From Candidatus Hermodarchaeum yapensis (lineage in GTDB: Archaea; Asgardarchaeota; Hermodarchaeia; Hermodarchaeales; Hermodarchaeaceae): DNA of 64,000 bases. Positions 18,353-28,374 of this stretch are shown one piece after another. The stretch's first letter is position 1; each line of letters begins with the position of its first letter. Made by a program: the position numbers and the translations under genes. Location: the NCBI GenBank assembly GCA_016840405.1, contig JAEOSK010000006.1, positions 37,260 through 101,259 on the forward strand. Direction: 5' to 3'. Below the pieces are notes generated by a model. The model had not been told where the DNA came from. It saw only the letters and a program-made list of their open reading frames with translations, and made no database searches.

Positions 18353-19573
18353 ATGAGGAAATATCGTTTGTGGCAAATAGCAGTGTTTCTCCTCTTGATT
18401 TTCCTCGTAGCACTGCCTCCCCACCGAGTTAATGCCTTTCAATATTTTCATTATTGGCGAGTAACCTTTTCTGGCTCGATAGAAGTCCATGGGAATGAAT
18501 CGCTCCCAATTTCTTCTTACTGGAATTATATTGGAAATCGATCATGGCAAACCTGCGAACAACTTTCTTTCAATATAGTTCATAACTCTGAAACTATCGT
18601 GCCCTCAGAGCTTGGCGAAGATATCGATGGCAACCCTAGGCTTAGTTTGGACATTGGACCTCTTTTAGAGCCAAATGACACCCTGCAATGGGAGGAGGAA
18701 TGGCTATTTACTGTCTCAGATAGGCGACCTAGTCTCCCTCAAATTAGTATCGAACAGTCAGGGACCCTTGAAGAAGTTGAATCTCTATTAGGAACAGAAG
18801 ATTACCTGCGTTATACTTCTGGGACAATGTTATGGAAGACTTGGAACCAGTCCTTGCTCGATCTTGCACAAGTTATCCAAGAGGGAATTCCAGAAGAGTC
18901 TCAAAATAATATTCTCGCCTTGGTTCATGCGTCGATTGCGTGGATTCAAGCAAATATCACAAGATCGACTGGGATAACTGAACCCCAATATCCTGAGGAG
19001 ACCGTAGATAGTCAAATGGGCGATTGTGACGATCAGTCTAATTTGCTTATTACACTTCTGCGGATTCACAATATACCCTGCTATCTCTTGACTGGTCACT
19101 GGTTTCAGAATGCTGCCCGAACGCATGGATATCTTTGGGGGTCCGTCGAAGAAGATGCCTATCTTTATGTTGATTGGCAGAATTCAAATGGTCATGGTTG
19201 GGCAATGGTTTATGTTCCACCCTGGGGATGGCTTCCGTTTGATTTAATTGCAGCCGGACCAGGGAGTGACCCGATTGATACATACTACAATTCACTGTAT
19301 GCTACTGGAGGACCATTTGTAACCTTATGGCAAATTTTAGCCAGCGATTATATTGCCGAACGGCGAACAGAAAAAGTTGAACTCTTTGCTCATCAACTCC
19401 ATCGAGTGGAAGAAGAAGTATGGCATAGCTTTGGCTCACTGCCAATTATTGACAATCAGTACCTAACAACAAATGTTGCCACAATACTTGCCCTCACTAC
19501 TACTCTAATATTATTAACCAGCCTTGTTGTAGTTGCGTATCGACGCCAACCGGAGGAGGACCCGGAACAGTGA
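18353..19573 (+). CDS. Secreted transglutaminase-like domain protein with C-terminal TM
   Basis: Signal peptide; GDCDD, HGWAMVYVP.WGW.PFD (Cys-His-Asp triad). Confidence 0.85.
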   Translation: MRKYRLWQIAVFLLLIFLVALPPHRVNAFQYFHYWRVTFSGSIEVHGNESLPISSYWNYIGNRSWQTCEQLSFNIVHNSETIVPSELGEDIDGNPRLSLDIGPLLEPNDTLQWEEEWLFTVSDRRPSLPQISIEQSGTLEEVESLLGTEDYLRYTSGTMLWKTWNQSLLDLAQVIQEGIPEESQNNILALVHASIAWIQANITRSTGITEPQYPEETVDSQMGDCDDQSNLLITLLRIHNIPCYLLTGHWFQNAARTHGYLWGSVEEDAYLYVDWQNSNGHGWAMVYVPPWGWLPFDLIAAGPGSDPIDTYYNSLYATGGPFVTLWQILASDYIAERRTEKVELFAHQLHRVEEEVWHSFGSLPIIDNQYLTTNVATILALTTTLILLTSLVVVAYRRQPEEDPEQ

Positions 19574-21339
19574 CCCCACCGGTAATGCCGAGTAAGCTGT
19601 ATTCAGAGTACGTATTCGATGGTCATGAGGTTGCCCCCCGATTTTGGGGACCAATCCCTCTTAATATGAAGGAAGCCGTGACCATCAGTCGTCCTCTAAT
19701 CAAAGGATATCGCACCAATCAACAACCCCTCTTTTCCCCAGAGCGATTTAGCCGATTTTGTGATGCATTACGAAATATTCATCGAGAATATCAAGGACTA
19801 ACTCCGAAGGTGAAGAAGAACTTAGACCTCCTAGAAGAACAGATAGCAGTTGTAGAGGCAGGACACCAACCAGCTTTGTTTGGTGGCCCCGGCTTTGTAA
19901 TTAATAAACTCACCACCATTGCCCGACTCGCAACTTTACAGAACACCGCTCCCATCATGTTTGTGGGCGACCACGACCATGAACAAAAGGAATTAACCGT
20001 AATTCATTTGCCTAGCCCAGGACCCCGAGGAATCACATTCTCGATGCCTGTCCCCCGTGAATACAAACAATCACCTATGCATGTGTTACCACTCCCCACA
20101 CAAACCTGGTTTAGCCAAGCACTAACGAAGATTTCGTCAACCTATCATGAACTAATTGCAGGAATGCCCAAGAAACAAAAAAGCCAATACGAGAATCGAA
20201 TCCAGACGCTTACCAGCATCCTTGAATCAACATTCACCCAGGCAAGCACTATTTCGGAGTGGAGTATACTCCTATGGATGCAGATCGTTAATCTCTCGCA
20301 GGATAGTGGAATCTTATTCCAAATTTTTTCGAATTCGAGCATACGCCAACTCATGCTCCCAGCTTTTGAGTATCTATTGAAATCCCAAACCCGCTCTCGC
20401 CTCATCCAAGCCCTAAATCATAGTGGAAGCCAACTCAAAGAATTTGGCTATACTCCAGGCATTGGTGTTCGCGCTGAAGATTACGTACCCTTTCATCTTG
20501 AATGTCCAACAAAGGGCTGCCACCGAACCCGTTTGGATCCTACTCTCACTCACCCATCGACTAACAGCAAGGTTGAGATAAGCACCCGTTGTCCTAAATG
20601 TAGAACCGAGCATTCAATCCTGATAAAAGAAAAATCCCCGGACCTCAGCCCTTGGGCTGACTTTCTTTCACCCCGAGTTGATACACGTGCGTTTCTCGTA
20701 CAAAGCTATACACCCGTGATTCTACATGTGGGAGGCGCTGGCGAAACGGATTATCACGCCCAAGTGTCCCCCGCACTCGAAGCAATTCAAAGCATATCTC
20801 CAATCTTCTTTCGATATAATCGTCTTTATTATGGAAATCCTTGGACTCGACGCCAAGCACAGAAACTCTCGAGTGAAAACCTCAATTCACTTCAACCGAG
20901 TGAACTTCATTTCCATACCTCTGCAATAACAACTGGATATAATGAAGACAATCCCGGAGTAACTCGTTCTCTCTTTGCAGCAAGTGGAGAATATATTCTA
21001 GAAACCGCAGCACAACTCATCTCAGATGAATCCCGACTTGAGAGGGAACGAATGGATACAATCATACAACAACGTGAAGCTACAGACCCAACATCCAAAG
21101 AAGAGCTGCAATCAAAGGTAGGTGTTCTAACACGTAGACGCCAACTAGTCCAAACCTATCTTTCACAAATGTTCGGTCGATATTCTCCCGAACGATTGGG
21201 ACAAGAATCAAGTTTTGTATGGATAGACAGCGCCATTTCCCTTGGTCCCAATGAACTCTTCAATCGTCTTTCAGCGCATTATCAGCCGCTGACACCACCG
21301 GCTGCCACACACTATCTCTTTGATGAACCTAATGAATAG
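19570..21339 (+). CDS. bshC: Bacillithiol synthase BshC-like with Cys4 insertion
   Basis: AGHQPALFGGP..VINK, GDHD..E, SP, GG.GE..Y.AQ; clustered with bshA/bshB. Confidence 0.72.
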   Translation: MTPPVMPSKLYSEYVFDGHEVAPRFWGPIPLNMKEAVTISRPLIKGYRTNQQPLFSPERFSRFCDALRNIHREYQGLTPKVKKNLDLLEEQIAVVEAGHQPALFGGPGFVINKLTTIARLATLQNTAPIMFVGDHDHEQKELTVIHLPSPGPRGITFSMPVPREYKQSPMHVLPLPTQTWFSQALTKISSTYHELIAGMPKKQKSQYENRIQTLTSILESTFTQASTISEWSILLWMQIVNLSQDSGILFQIFSNSSIRQLMLPAFEYLLKSQTRSRLIQALNHSGSQLKEFGYTPGIGVRAEDYVPFHLECPTKGCHRTRLDPTLTHPSTNSKVEISTRCPKCRTEHSILIKEKSPDLSPWADFLSPRVDTRAFLVQSYTPVILHVGGAGETDYHAQVSPALEAIQSISPIFFRYNRLYYGNPWTRRQAQKLSSENLNSLQPSELHFHTSAITTGYNEDNPGVTRSLFAASGEYILETAAQLISDESRLERERMDTIIQQREATDPTSKEELQSKVGVLTRRRQLVQTYLSQMFGRYSPERLGQESSFVWIDSAISLGPNELFNRLSAHYQPLTPPAATHYLFDEPNE

Positions 21340-21393
21340 TAGGACATTGAAAGTATATTTTTACTAGACAAGAACATGGAGTGCCGAACAACC

Positions 21394-21906
21394 ATGAATT
21401 TGCTTGATATCATTAAAGGTCGACGTAGCATTCGCAAGTACCAATCCCGGGAAGTAGAACAAGAGAAGATTGAAAAAATTCTCGAAGCTGCACAATGGGC
21501 ACCTTCAGCGTCGAACCGCCAACCCTGGCATTTTATTGTAATTCGGGACCCTGAGACACGCAAGAAGCTCGGTGCTATTCATTCACATGGCAGATTCATG
21601 AAAGAATCTCCAGTGGTAATTGCCGTGCTTGGAGACCCTGAAGCTCACGAAAAATATTTTCTATGCGACCCTCATCAAGCGATCCAGAATCTCATGCTTA
21701 TGGCACATTGGCTTGAATTAGGAACTTGCTGGATGGGTGTTCGGGGAACTTCATTTGAACCAAAAATGAAAACACTCCTAGGTGTCCCAGATTCACTCCA
21801 CCTAATTTGTACGATTTCTCTTGGATATCCGAATGAGGAACGAACGAAAACACGCAAAGCATTATCAGAGATTGTATCCTGGGAACGCTACGGACAAAGA
21901 AAATGA
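21394..21906 (+). CDS. Nitroreductase family protein
   Basis: RRSIRKY, WAPSASNRQPWHF, LGTCW, LGYP. Confidence 0.92.
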   Translation: MNLLDIIKGRRSIRKYQSREVEQEKIEKILEAAQWAPSASNRQPWHFIVIRDPETRKKLGAIHSHGRFMKESPVVIAVLGDPEAHEKYFLCDPHQAIQNLMLMAHWLELGTCWMGVRGTSFEPKMKTLLGVPDSLHLICTISLGYPNEERTKTRKALSEIVSWERYGQRK

Positions 21907-21915
21907 ATTGTTAGT

Positions 21916-23022
21916 CTAGGTTTGAAGCACTTTTTTGTAGATAGCTTCGTATTGTGGCACAACTTTGTCAACCGTATGGCGTTCAATAATGGTTTGACGG
22001 GCCTTCGTCCCAAGGTTGTTTGCTAGCGTTTGATCTGTGAGTATCGCATACAATTTGTCTGCCAACGCATCGATATCCCCAAAGGGCACCAGAAGCCCAT
22101 TTTCCCCATTATCAATTATTTCTGGAATGCCACCCACTGCTGTTGAAACGACGGGTAATCCAGCACTCATTGCTTCTAAGAGTGATAATGGGGCGCCTTC
22201 GAGTTCGGAGGTTAAGGCAAAAGCGTAGCCACAGCGTAGATATTGATAGATGTCCCGTTTAAAACCGGGACATTTGACCCTGTCATTCAATTCGAACTCG
22301 CGAATCAAGCGGTCGACCTCTGGTCGTGTTGGACCATCACCAAGCAGAAGTAATTCGACATCATCCAGCTTATCAACAATCTGTGCAAATGCGGTTACTA
22401 AGTCTTGAACGCGCTTAACGGGACGAAAATTGGACACATGTATCACTTGGCGTTTTCCATCATTTGTGGTAAATTCACACGCGTTTGGTTTGTATAATTC
22501 AGTGTCAGTAAAATTCGTGATTGGTTCAACCACACATCGTATTCCCAAAGTTTGTTCAGCAGTTTGACAGATATGTTTAGTAACGCATGTAACTGCATTG
22601 GCACTCTCCACTGAATAGCGCGTAGCAAGTTGATAGGAAGGGTCTGCGCCCAGAGTATGCACATCAGAACCATGTAATGTTACAACATAGGGAATGCCCG
22701 TCATCTGCTGAGCCATATTAGCAGATACGGCATGCGGGATAGCATAGTGAACATGTAACAGGTCCAATTCATATTTTTGTGCGACTTGAACCATTCGAGA
22801 TGCAAGAGCAACAGTGTAAGGAGGATATCGAAAGAGGGGGTATTCTAGCACATCAACGAGATTTACAGTGACGTTCTCGTATTGACCTTCTTGGAGCTCG
22901 AATGGCACTTCGTAAGTGATAAAGTGCACTTCATGTCCTCGTTTACCAAGTTCGACCCCTAACCTTGTGGCCAGAAGTCCAGAACCTCCGACTCCAGGGT
23001 AACATGTAATTCCAATTCGCAT
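21916..23022 (-). CDS. bshA: N-acetyl-alpha-D-glucosaminyl L-malate synthase (GT4)
   Basis: MRIGITCYP.VGGSG, YPLFRYPPY, LLHVHYAIPHA, TLHGSD, HVSNFRPVKR. Confidence 0.92.
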   Translation of the reverse strand: MRIGITCYPGVGGSGLLATRLGVELGKRGHEVHFITYEVPFELQEGQYENVTVNLVDVLEYPLFRYPPYTVALASRMVQVAQKYELDLLHVHYAIPHAVSANMAQQMTGIPYVVTLHGSDVHTLGADPSYQLATRYSVESANAVTCVTKHICQTAEQTLGIRCVVEPITNFTDTELYKPNACEFTTNDGKRQVIHVSNFRPVKRVQDLVTAFAQIVDKLDDVELLLLGDGPTRPEVDRLIREFELNDRVKCPGFKRDIYQYLRCGYAFALTSELEGAPLSLLEAMSAGLPVVSTAVGGIPEIIDNGENGLLVPFGDIDALADKLYAILTDQTLANNLGTKARQTIIERHTVDKVVPQYEAIYKKVLQT

Positions 23023-23137
23023 TGTCTGTCGAAAGGCATCCTGTCTTTCCTACCCTTATGTGTTGCTCTATACGTCTGTTAACACTCCACCCTAAGACGA
23101 GGAAACCTTTAGGGAGAGAAACAGCGTAATATTCAGT

Positions 23138-23815
23138 ATGTCCGATTCCTCGTCTCACCACCTTCTAGTCGTGGCAGCCCACCCCGATGATGAAACATTC
23201 GGATGCGGAGGCACCATTGCCCTTGAAAGGGCAAACGGAAACCCAGTTACAGTGTGCTGTCTTACAGGCACCGTCGCCCGACACCGAGAATTAGAAGCTG
23301 CCTGCGAAACGCTAGGTGCAAAAGTTATTGCACTGAAAGCCAAAGATATGACGCTAACAATTTCGGATGTAACTAAAACCCTCATTCCGATTATTCATGA
23401 GAAACGTCCAGAAGTCATCATTTCCCACAGTGCCGAGGATTACCATCCAGATCATCGCATCGTCCATGAAGCAGTTCTCCGTGCAGCAGAATGGGCAGGT
23501 CATTCGACACAATATAAGAGTAAAGCTTGGCGCCCGAAGCGCCTTCTCTTCATGGAAATCAACAACCTTCTCTCCATGCCTACGGTGCTAGTCGATATTT
23601 CTGATTATATTGAGCTGAAAACTGATGCGATTTATGAATATGCGAGTCAAATGAAAAAAACCGAGGAATACTATCTCTTCTTCAATTTACAGAAAGGACG
23701 ATTACGGGGTCTGCAAGCAGGAACTGAATATGCTGAAGCCTTCCAAGAAATCCTCATGCCCATTCATGGACCTTTCTATTCCCCGACACCAACTGTCAAA
23801 ACAATATTTTCCTAA
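23138..23815 (+). CDS. bshB1: PIG-L family deacetylase, BshB1-like
   Basis: AHPDDE..CGG, HPDH, VDIS, Y.SQ, YAEAF; divergent from bshA. Confidence 0.72.
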   Translation: MSDSSSHHLLVVAAHPDDETFGCGGTIALERANGNPVTVCCLTGTVARHRELEAACETLGAKVIALKAKDMTLTISDVTKTLIPIIHEKRPEVIISHSAEDYHPDHRIVHEAVLRAAEWAGHSTQYKSKAWRPKRLLFMEINNLLSMPTVLVDISDYIELKTDAIYEYASQMKKTEEYYLFFNLQKGRLRGLQAGTEYAEAFQEILMPIHGPFYSPTPTVKTIFS

Positions 23816-23837
23816 TCTGAGCCCTTCAACCAAATGA

Positions 23838-24872
23838 TTAGTCAAGAGGCGGCGGAATTTCAATCCGAGACCCCCGAATTTTTTTTACCCAGTCCTCAAA
23901 CGCTGGACCCGTTGGCTTCTGTTGATAGAGATCTGCCCGATTTGCTTCAAGGAGATTTTCGGATAAACCTAACACCTCAGCTATTGTAAGAATCTGATGC
24001 CCCCGATTACTCGCTAACCTCTGAATAGGATTCAACCAATTCAACCAGTTTTGATCTCGAAGCAAATGATGGTCAACAACGATCATAGGGATCTTGTCAG
24101 CAAGCAGCCCTAAGTTTTCAGTAGCGTTTACTAAAATTTCAGGCCTGACCTTCTCCGGTGAAAGATATGTGGGAGGACCCGCCAGAACCAGCACATCGGG
24201 GTTTTGCCCTATAATCCATTCTGCGGTGGATTTCACCATTGGACCTTGGACATCTGAAGCATGAACCAGCGTAAAATCTCCACATCGGATGGTCGTCATA
24301 ATTACCCATCCGAGTTTCGTTCTATCTTCACCATGAGGAACAGCAGGCGAAAACCGAATCACCGTTTGTCCAATCTTTAAGGCTCTACCATCAGCGTACA
24401 CAACTTCTTCAGCGACTTTCCTGACACTCCTAACGAAATTATATCCTCGCCGTTGTTGAGAGTAATTAATGTGGAGACGAATATCCTTACAATAAATTCG
24501 ATGGTCTTGATACAGGCTAGAAGCCTCGTCACGTGACGACCAGAAATAGGCGAAATTTTGGAAGAAAGGCATGAAATGATCATGGTGAAAATGAGAAACC
24601 ACAATCAAATCTGTTGATTGAGCCACTGAATCAATTTTCTTCCTAATAGATTTCAGTAACCGATATTCCTCAGGATGAGGGTGATAACTATCTCGAAACC
24701 CAAGAGCTGCACTAGGATCGATGAGTATGGATGTATCATCGGTTTGAACATGAACCGCTAGACTTCGAACACCAAGACTTTCTGCTGCTAATGGCGTAAT
24801 CACCATATCCTTACTAAGTTGGATATTTCCAGAGGTAACTGATGGTGATTCGCCCATTGTAACTGACTCCAA
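23838..24872 (-). CDS. Archaeal MBL-fold hydrolase (UPF0282-like)
   Basis: AAESLGVRS, SHFHHDH, PHG, SDVQG, GPPTYL, DHHLLRD. Confidence 0.85.
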   Translation of the reverse strand: MESVTMGESPSVTSGNIQLSKDMVITPLAAESLGVRSLAVHVQTDDTSILIDPSAALGFRDSYHPHPEEYRLLKSIRKKIDSVAQSTDLIVVSHFHHDHFMPFFQNFAYFWSSRDEASSLYQDHRIYCKDIRLHINYSQQRRGYNFVRSVRKVAEEVVYADGRALKIGQTVIRFSPAVPHGEDRTKLGWVIMTTIRCGDFTLVHASDVQGPMVKSTAEWIIGQNPDVLVLAGPPTYLSPEKVRPEILVNATENLGLLADKIPMIVVDHHLLRDQNWLNWLNPIQRLASNRGHQILTIAEVLGLSENLLEANRADLYQQKPTGPAFEDWVKKIRGSRIEIPPPLD

Positions 24873-25005
24873 ATACGGAAGATTGTGATAATCTACCTAC
24901 TAATTCAATCACTTGCGCATATATGCTCCCCATCCTTTACTTGGGAAAAAAATGAAAAAGAGTATTGGAGTTCGGAACTTGATCTTTATCCCGAACCCTT
25001 GAGTT

Positions 25006-26208
25006 TTAGTCTATACGTTTTACTAATTCGTCAGGATTTGGTAGCTTTTTAACCTGCTCAGGTTCTTTTCGGAAGCGAACACCAGATTCGGCTTCTATGC
25101 TTTCTGTGTAGAGGACTTCACCTTCTATGGTCACATCTCGTTCAATGTAAATTACACGACCATAGAGGTTTTTCACCCGAGCACGTTCTTCAACCCGAAT
25201 CGTATCACCATAAAAGGACTCCCCACGGACCCGTTCCGAAACCGTGATGTCAGGACTTTCAACAAAGCCAGACACCTCACCCCGACGCCCGATTCGAAAT
25301 TCCTTTACTGCTTTGATGCGAGTACCCTTAATCGATCCACCAATATCAATGATAGGAGATTCGATAAGATTCCCTGCTCTGAGCGATCCACCTACCTCAA
25401 TTTCCCTTGCTACGATGAGATCTGTATTCACAACAACCGATCCACCAACATCTAAATTCTCAGCTAGAACTAGTGATGCTTCAGCTTTTACGGACCCACC
25501 TACATCAACAATTCTACCCGTGGCTTTCCCCCCGAGTTTCGCTGCACCACCACAATCCAGCATTTCAAATGTCAGGTCACCTTCGCTCTTGAAAGAGCCC
25601 CCAACATCAATATTAAGTACTTTGGAGCCAGGACCAACAACCACAGCCCCACCGACATCGATGTCTCCAATCTCGACAGCCCCTTCAGCTTTGAATGCCC
25701 CGCCAACGTTTACTTTCCCAATGGTGCCTGTATTGCATTTTACGGCGCCACCAACATTAATGGTCTTTGAATCAACTTTCCCCTCGATTTTCACTGCACC
25801 ACCAACGTTAATGTCCTCAACGGTAGCATCGCCTTTGACAGATAGTGCACCTCCAATCGATACTTTTGAGGCCTGCAAATCCTTACCGACAGAAAGAGCA
25901 GCCCCAACATCAAATTTATTCGCGGTCGCCGAACCCTCAATTTCAAGCTTCCCATTTTTGACACGAACCGACCGGGTGACGACTAGATCCCCGTGGATTT
26001 CTGTGGTGTTGCGGCCATCAATTTCAAGATACTCAGCTTTCAAGGATCCCTCAATCACAGTATCTTCGCGAATAAACAGTTCACCATCGATGACGATTTC
26101 CTTCCCTTTTTCTGGGACGATCGTTCGACAGTTCTCAACTTTCACATCACCTTTGATGTGACCCAATTTGAGTTCATGTTCATTTTTGAACTGTAGTTTT
26201 TCACCCAT
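25006..26208 (-). CDS. Bactofilin-like / polymer-forming cytoskeletal beta-helix repeat protein
   Basis: Roughly a dozen 14-18-aa repeats with VGG(A/S) turns; Val/Ile/Gly rich. Confidence 0.7.
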   Translation of the reverse strand: MGEKLQFKNEHELKLGHIKGDVKVENCRTIVPEKGKEIVIDGELFIREDTVIEGSLKAEYLEIDGRNTTEIHGDLVVTRSVRVKNGKLEIEGSATANKFDVGAALSVGKDLQASKVSIGGALSVKGDATVEDINVGGAVKIEGKVDSKTINVGGAVKCNTGTIGKVNVGGAFKAEGAVEIGDIDVGGAVVVGPGSKVLNIDVGGSFKSEGDLTFEMLDCGGAAKLGGKATGRIVDVGGSVKAEASLVLAENLDVGGSVVVNTDLIVAREIEVGGSLRAGNLIESPIIDIGGSIKGTRIKAVKEFRIGRRGEVSGFVESPDITVSERVRGESFYGDTIRVEERARVKNLYGRVIYIERDVTIEGEVLYTESIEAESGVRFRKEPEQVKKLPNPDELVKRID

Positions 26209-26370
26209 TTTACATGTCTCCAGACATTTCGCTAATGAAACCAAGGTATTAGTTATTTAAAAGGCGGACTCACAATTTGGGGTCACATAATGTTACTTTA
26301 CTCACATTTTGTAAAATAGTACCAATTGAATGATTTGATAGCCTAGGAGTTCTCCCTTTACCAGCACGGT

Positions 26371-26679
26371 TTACTGTTGGTTGACCTTTTTTGATTTCCG
26401 TTTAGAACCCAGTTGACAATATGAACCGACAATCACTAGAAGCAAGCTGCCTCCCACGATAGCTACAATGATGCCAATAATCATAAACGGAATGTAGATA
26501 AGTGTGGCTTTTCGTTTTTCTTTCTTCGTTTGTGGTGGAACATGCTCAGTGATTTCAGGAGGATAATCACTCATCGCCCACACACGGGGGCTAAACCCGA
26601 TCATTACTGCAAGTAAATACAATGTGAAAACAATTGCGAAGATGGAACCATGAACGACGATATACAAAAAGAGACTCAT
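26371..26679 (-). CDS. Small membrane protein, possibly truncated
   Basis: Two TM helices flanking DYPPEI. Confidence 0.45.
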   Translation of the reverse strand: MSLFLYIVVHGSIFAIVFTLYLLAVMIGFSPRVWAMSDYPPEITEHVPPQTKKEKRKATLIYIPFMIIGIIVAIVGGSLLLVIVGSYCQLGSKRKSKKVNQQ

Positions 26680-26729
26680 TGTCGAATTCTACCGATTTTA
26701 AAATTATGTTTTTGTTTCCTACTTGAGAA

Positions 26730-27041
26730 TTAAAAAGGTGTTACTGGTTCGGGCATAGGCATTCCCACAAACCCAATCATTCGTTTATACATCTCTAGAT
26801 ATTGACGCCCACGAACTGTTACCCGGAAGAGCCGACGTCTTTCCTCTTCTACTAATTCGACAAGCCCACGTTCCTTAAGAAAATCTAGCGTCGTTTTTGC
26901 ACGATCAACAGGAAGATTAGTAGATCGAGCAGCCCGAGTTAATGGACAATAACCATGAATGATAATGATACGAATAAGCATGGCATAGATATCGTAACGA
27001 GTGCGTTTATGAACGGGGGCTTCAATTGAAATTGTCATCAC
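26730..27041 (-). CDS. Small archaeal winged-helix transcription regulator
   Basis: KRTRYDIY..L, T...RSTNL, L.ERGLV, VT.RG..YL. Confidence 0.8.
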   Translation of the reverse strand: MMTISIEAPVHKRTRYDIYAMLIRIIIIHGYCPLTRAARSTNLPVDRAKTTLDFLKERGLVELVEEERRRLFRVTVRGRQYLEMYKRMIGFVGMPMPEPVTPF

Positions 27042-27217
27042 CTTCTCTAAGAAGTCTTGTCTATAGTGCGTCGTATATTCCTTTTAAAGAAAAGCTCTGG
27101 ATTATGTTTTTTGTAGTAAAGAAGACTGTTAAGCCAAGTATCGAAAAGGTTTTTCTAGGGTGGCTCGGAAAGGGTCGAACACTCCCACAGGCACAAAACA
27201 ATATTGAGGCAATAAAC

Positions 27218-27625
27218 ATGGGAAAACGAATTGAAGAAATCACTCGACTACTTGACGAACTCGAAGTTAGATTTGAACTCAAAGAGGAAACCATTGTTGC
27301 CCTCTGGAAAACTGAAAAATGGGAAAACCTCGTTGTCAACTTCATCTTCTCGCCAAACGAAATCTGGCTCACTATTGTTGGCTGGCAAAAATTCCCAGAA
27401 CTCTCAGAAACAGATGCGGCCGAATTCTACAAGAAACTTCTTGCTGAAAGTTGGAACTATAATGGGGTCAAATATTGTCTGGATCCTGATGGAGATCTTG
27501 CTGTTGTCGTTGAAACGGCAGATATGGAGATTAGCAAGGAAGAGCTTTCGCGTTACATTCGTCAAGTTTTGAATGCCGCCGATGAGATGTATGATTGGGT
27601 TCCAATAGAAGCTTGGACGGAATGA
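27218..27625 (+). CDS. YbjN / type III chaperone-like fold protein
   Basis: Acidic ~135 aa; KKLL..SW...GVKY.LD.DGD. Confidence 0.65.
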   Translation: MGKRIEEITRLLDELEVRFELKEETIVALWKTEKWENLVVNFIFSPNEIWLTIVGWQKFPELSETDAAEFYKKLLAESWNYNGVKYCLDPDGDLAVVVETADMEISKEELSRYIRQVLNAADEMYDWVPIEAWTE

Positions 27626-27718
27626 GTTTTTCTATCAGAAATTTAATCTCAAACATGCTTTCGCTAACTGGTTAGAGACGAAAAGTTGGTAAAAAACAAG
27701 GAGAAGTATGGCAGTAAA

Positions 27719-28261
27719 TTAGAGTTTCTTTGTTGTATTGCGATCAAGATTGATTCCTAAGACTTTCAGGACATCAGCAATTTTGACGAGTGTATTGACA
27801 CAGCCGTCTCGGAAAAGGAGAATTCCGCGACCAACGAGACCGAGTTTTTTTAGGAGGAGGCCACCGAGAAGGGCTTCCTTTTCACAGGCAATCCCAAGGA
27901 TTGCATGTGGTTGGCTGAAATCGATGATTTTCTGAGCCATACTTCCACCCGGGAGAATGTAAACCCCTTTGTAGTTGAGTTTTTTTGCCGCTGCAGAAAT
28001 TTGGTGGACTTGGCATTCAGGATTACAGTGTTGACAGACATATCCATGTTCTCCCAGGGGTGCTTTGCAATCTGATTCACGAAGACATTGGGGAACAAAA
28101 ACAATCCGTTCTTCAGGAGGTGTTTTTTGGAATTCCTCTTGGTGTTCACCGTTCATTTTTTGGATATAGCCTTGCATGACTTCTTTCTCAGTGCAGCCAT
28201 TCTTTGTTGCTTCATCTTTGATTTTAGTCAAGACTTCTAATTCAATGGTGGAATCAGACAT
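27719..28261 (-). CDS. DUF116 family protein
   Basis: FVPQCLR..CKA, C..C..C, I.PGGS, GIACEKE, DGCVNT. Confidence 0.85.
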   Translation of the reverse strand: MSDSTIELEVLTKIKDEATKNGCTEKEVMQGYIQKMNGEHQEEFQKTPPEERIVFVPQCLRESDCKAPLGEHGYVCQHCNPECQVHQISAAAKKLNYKGVYILPGGSMAQKIIDFSQPHAILGIACEKEALLGGLLLKKLGLVGRGILLFRDGCVNTLVKIADVLKVLGINLDRNTTKKL

Positions 28262-28374
28262 TTACAGGAACTCCAAGGGGAGGACATCAGGAGCTGAGTG
28301 AAATTACTCATTAGGGGCACACCATATATATGTATCAGAAGCGCCAGTGGATTTTCTTGCAGAAAGTGTGTGCC

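Noticed and set aside
25244-26161. 305-aa plus-strand ORF
   Set aside because: Antisense shadow of the repetitive bactofilin-like gene
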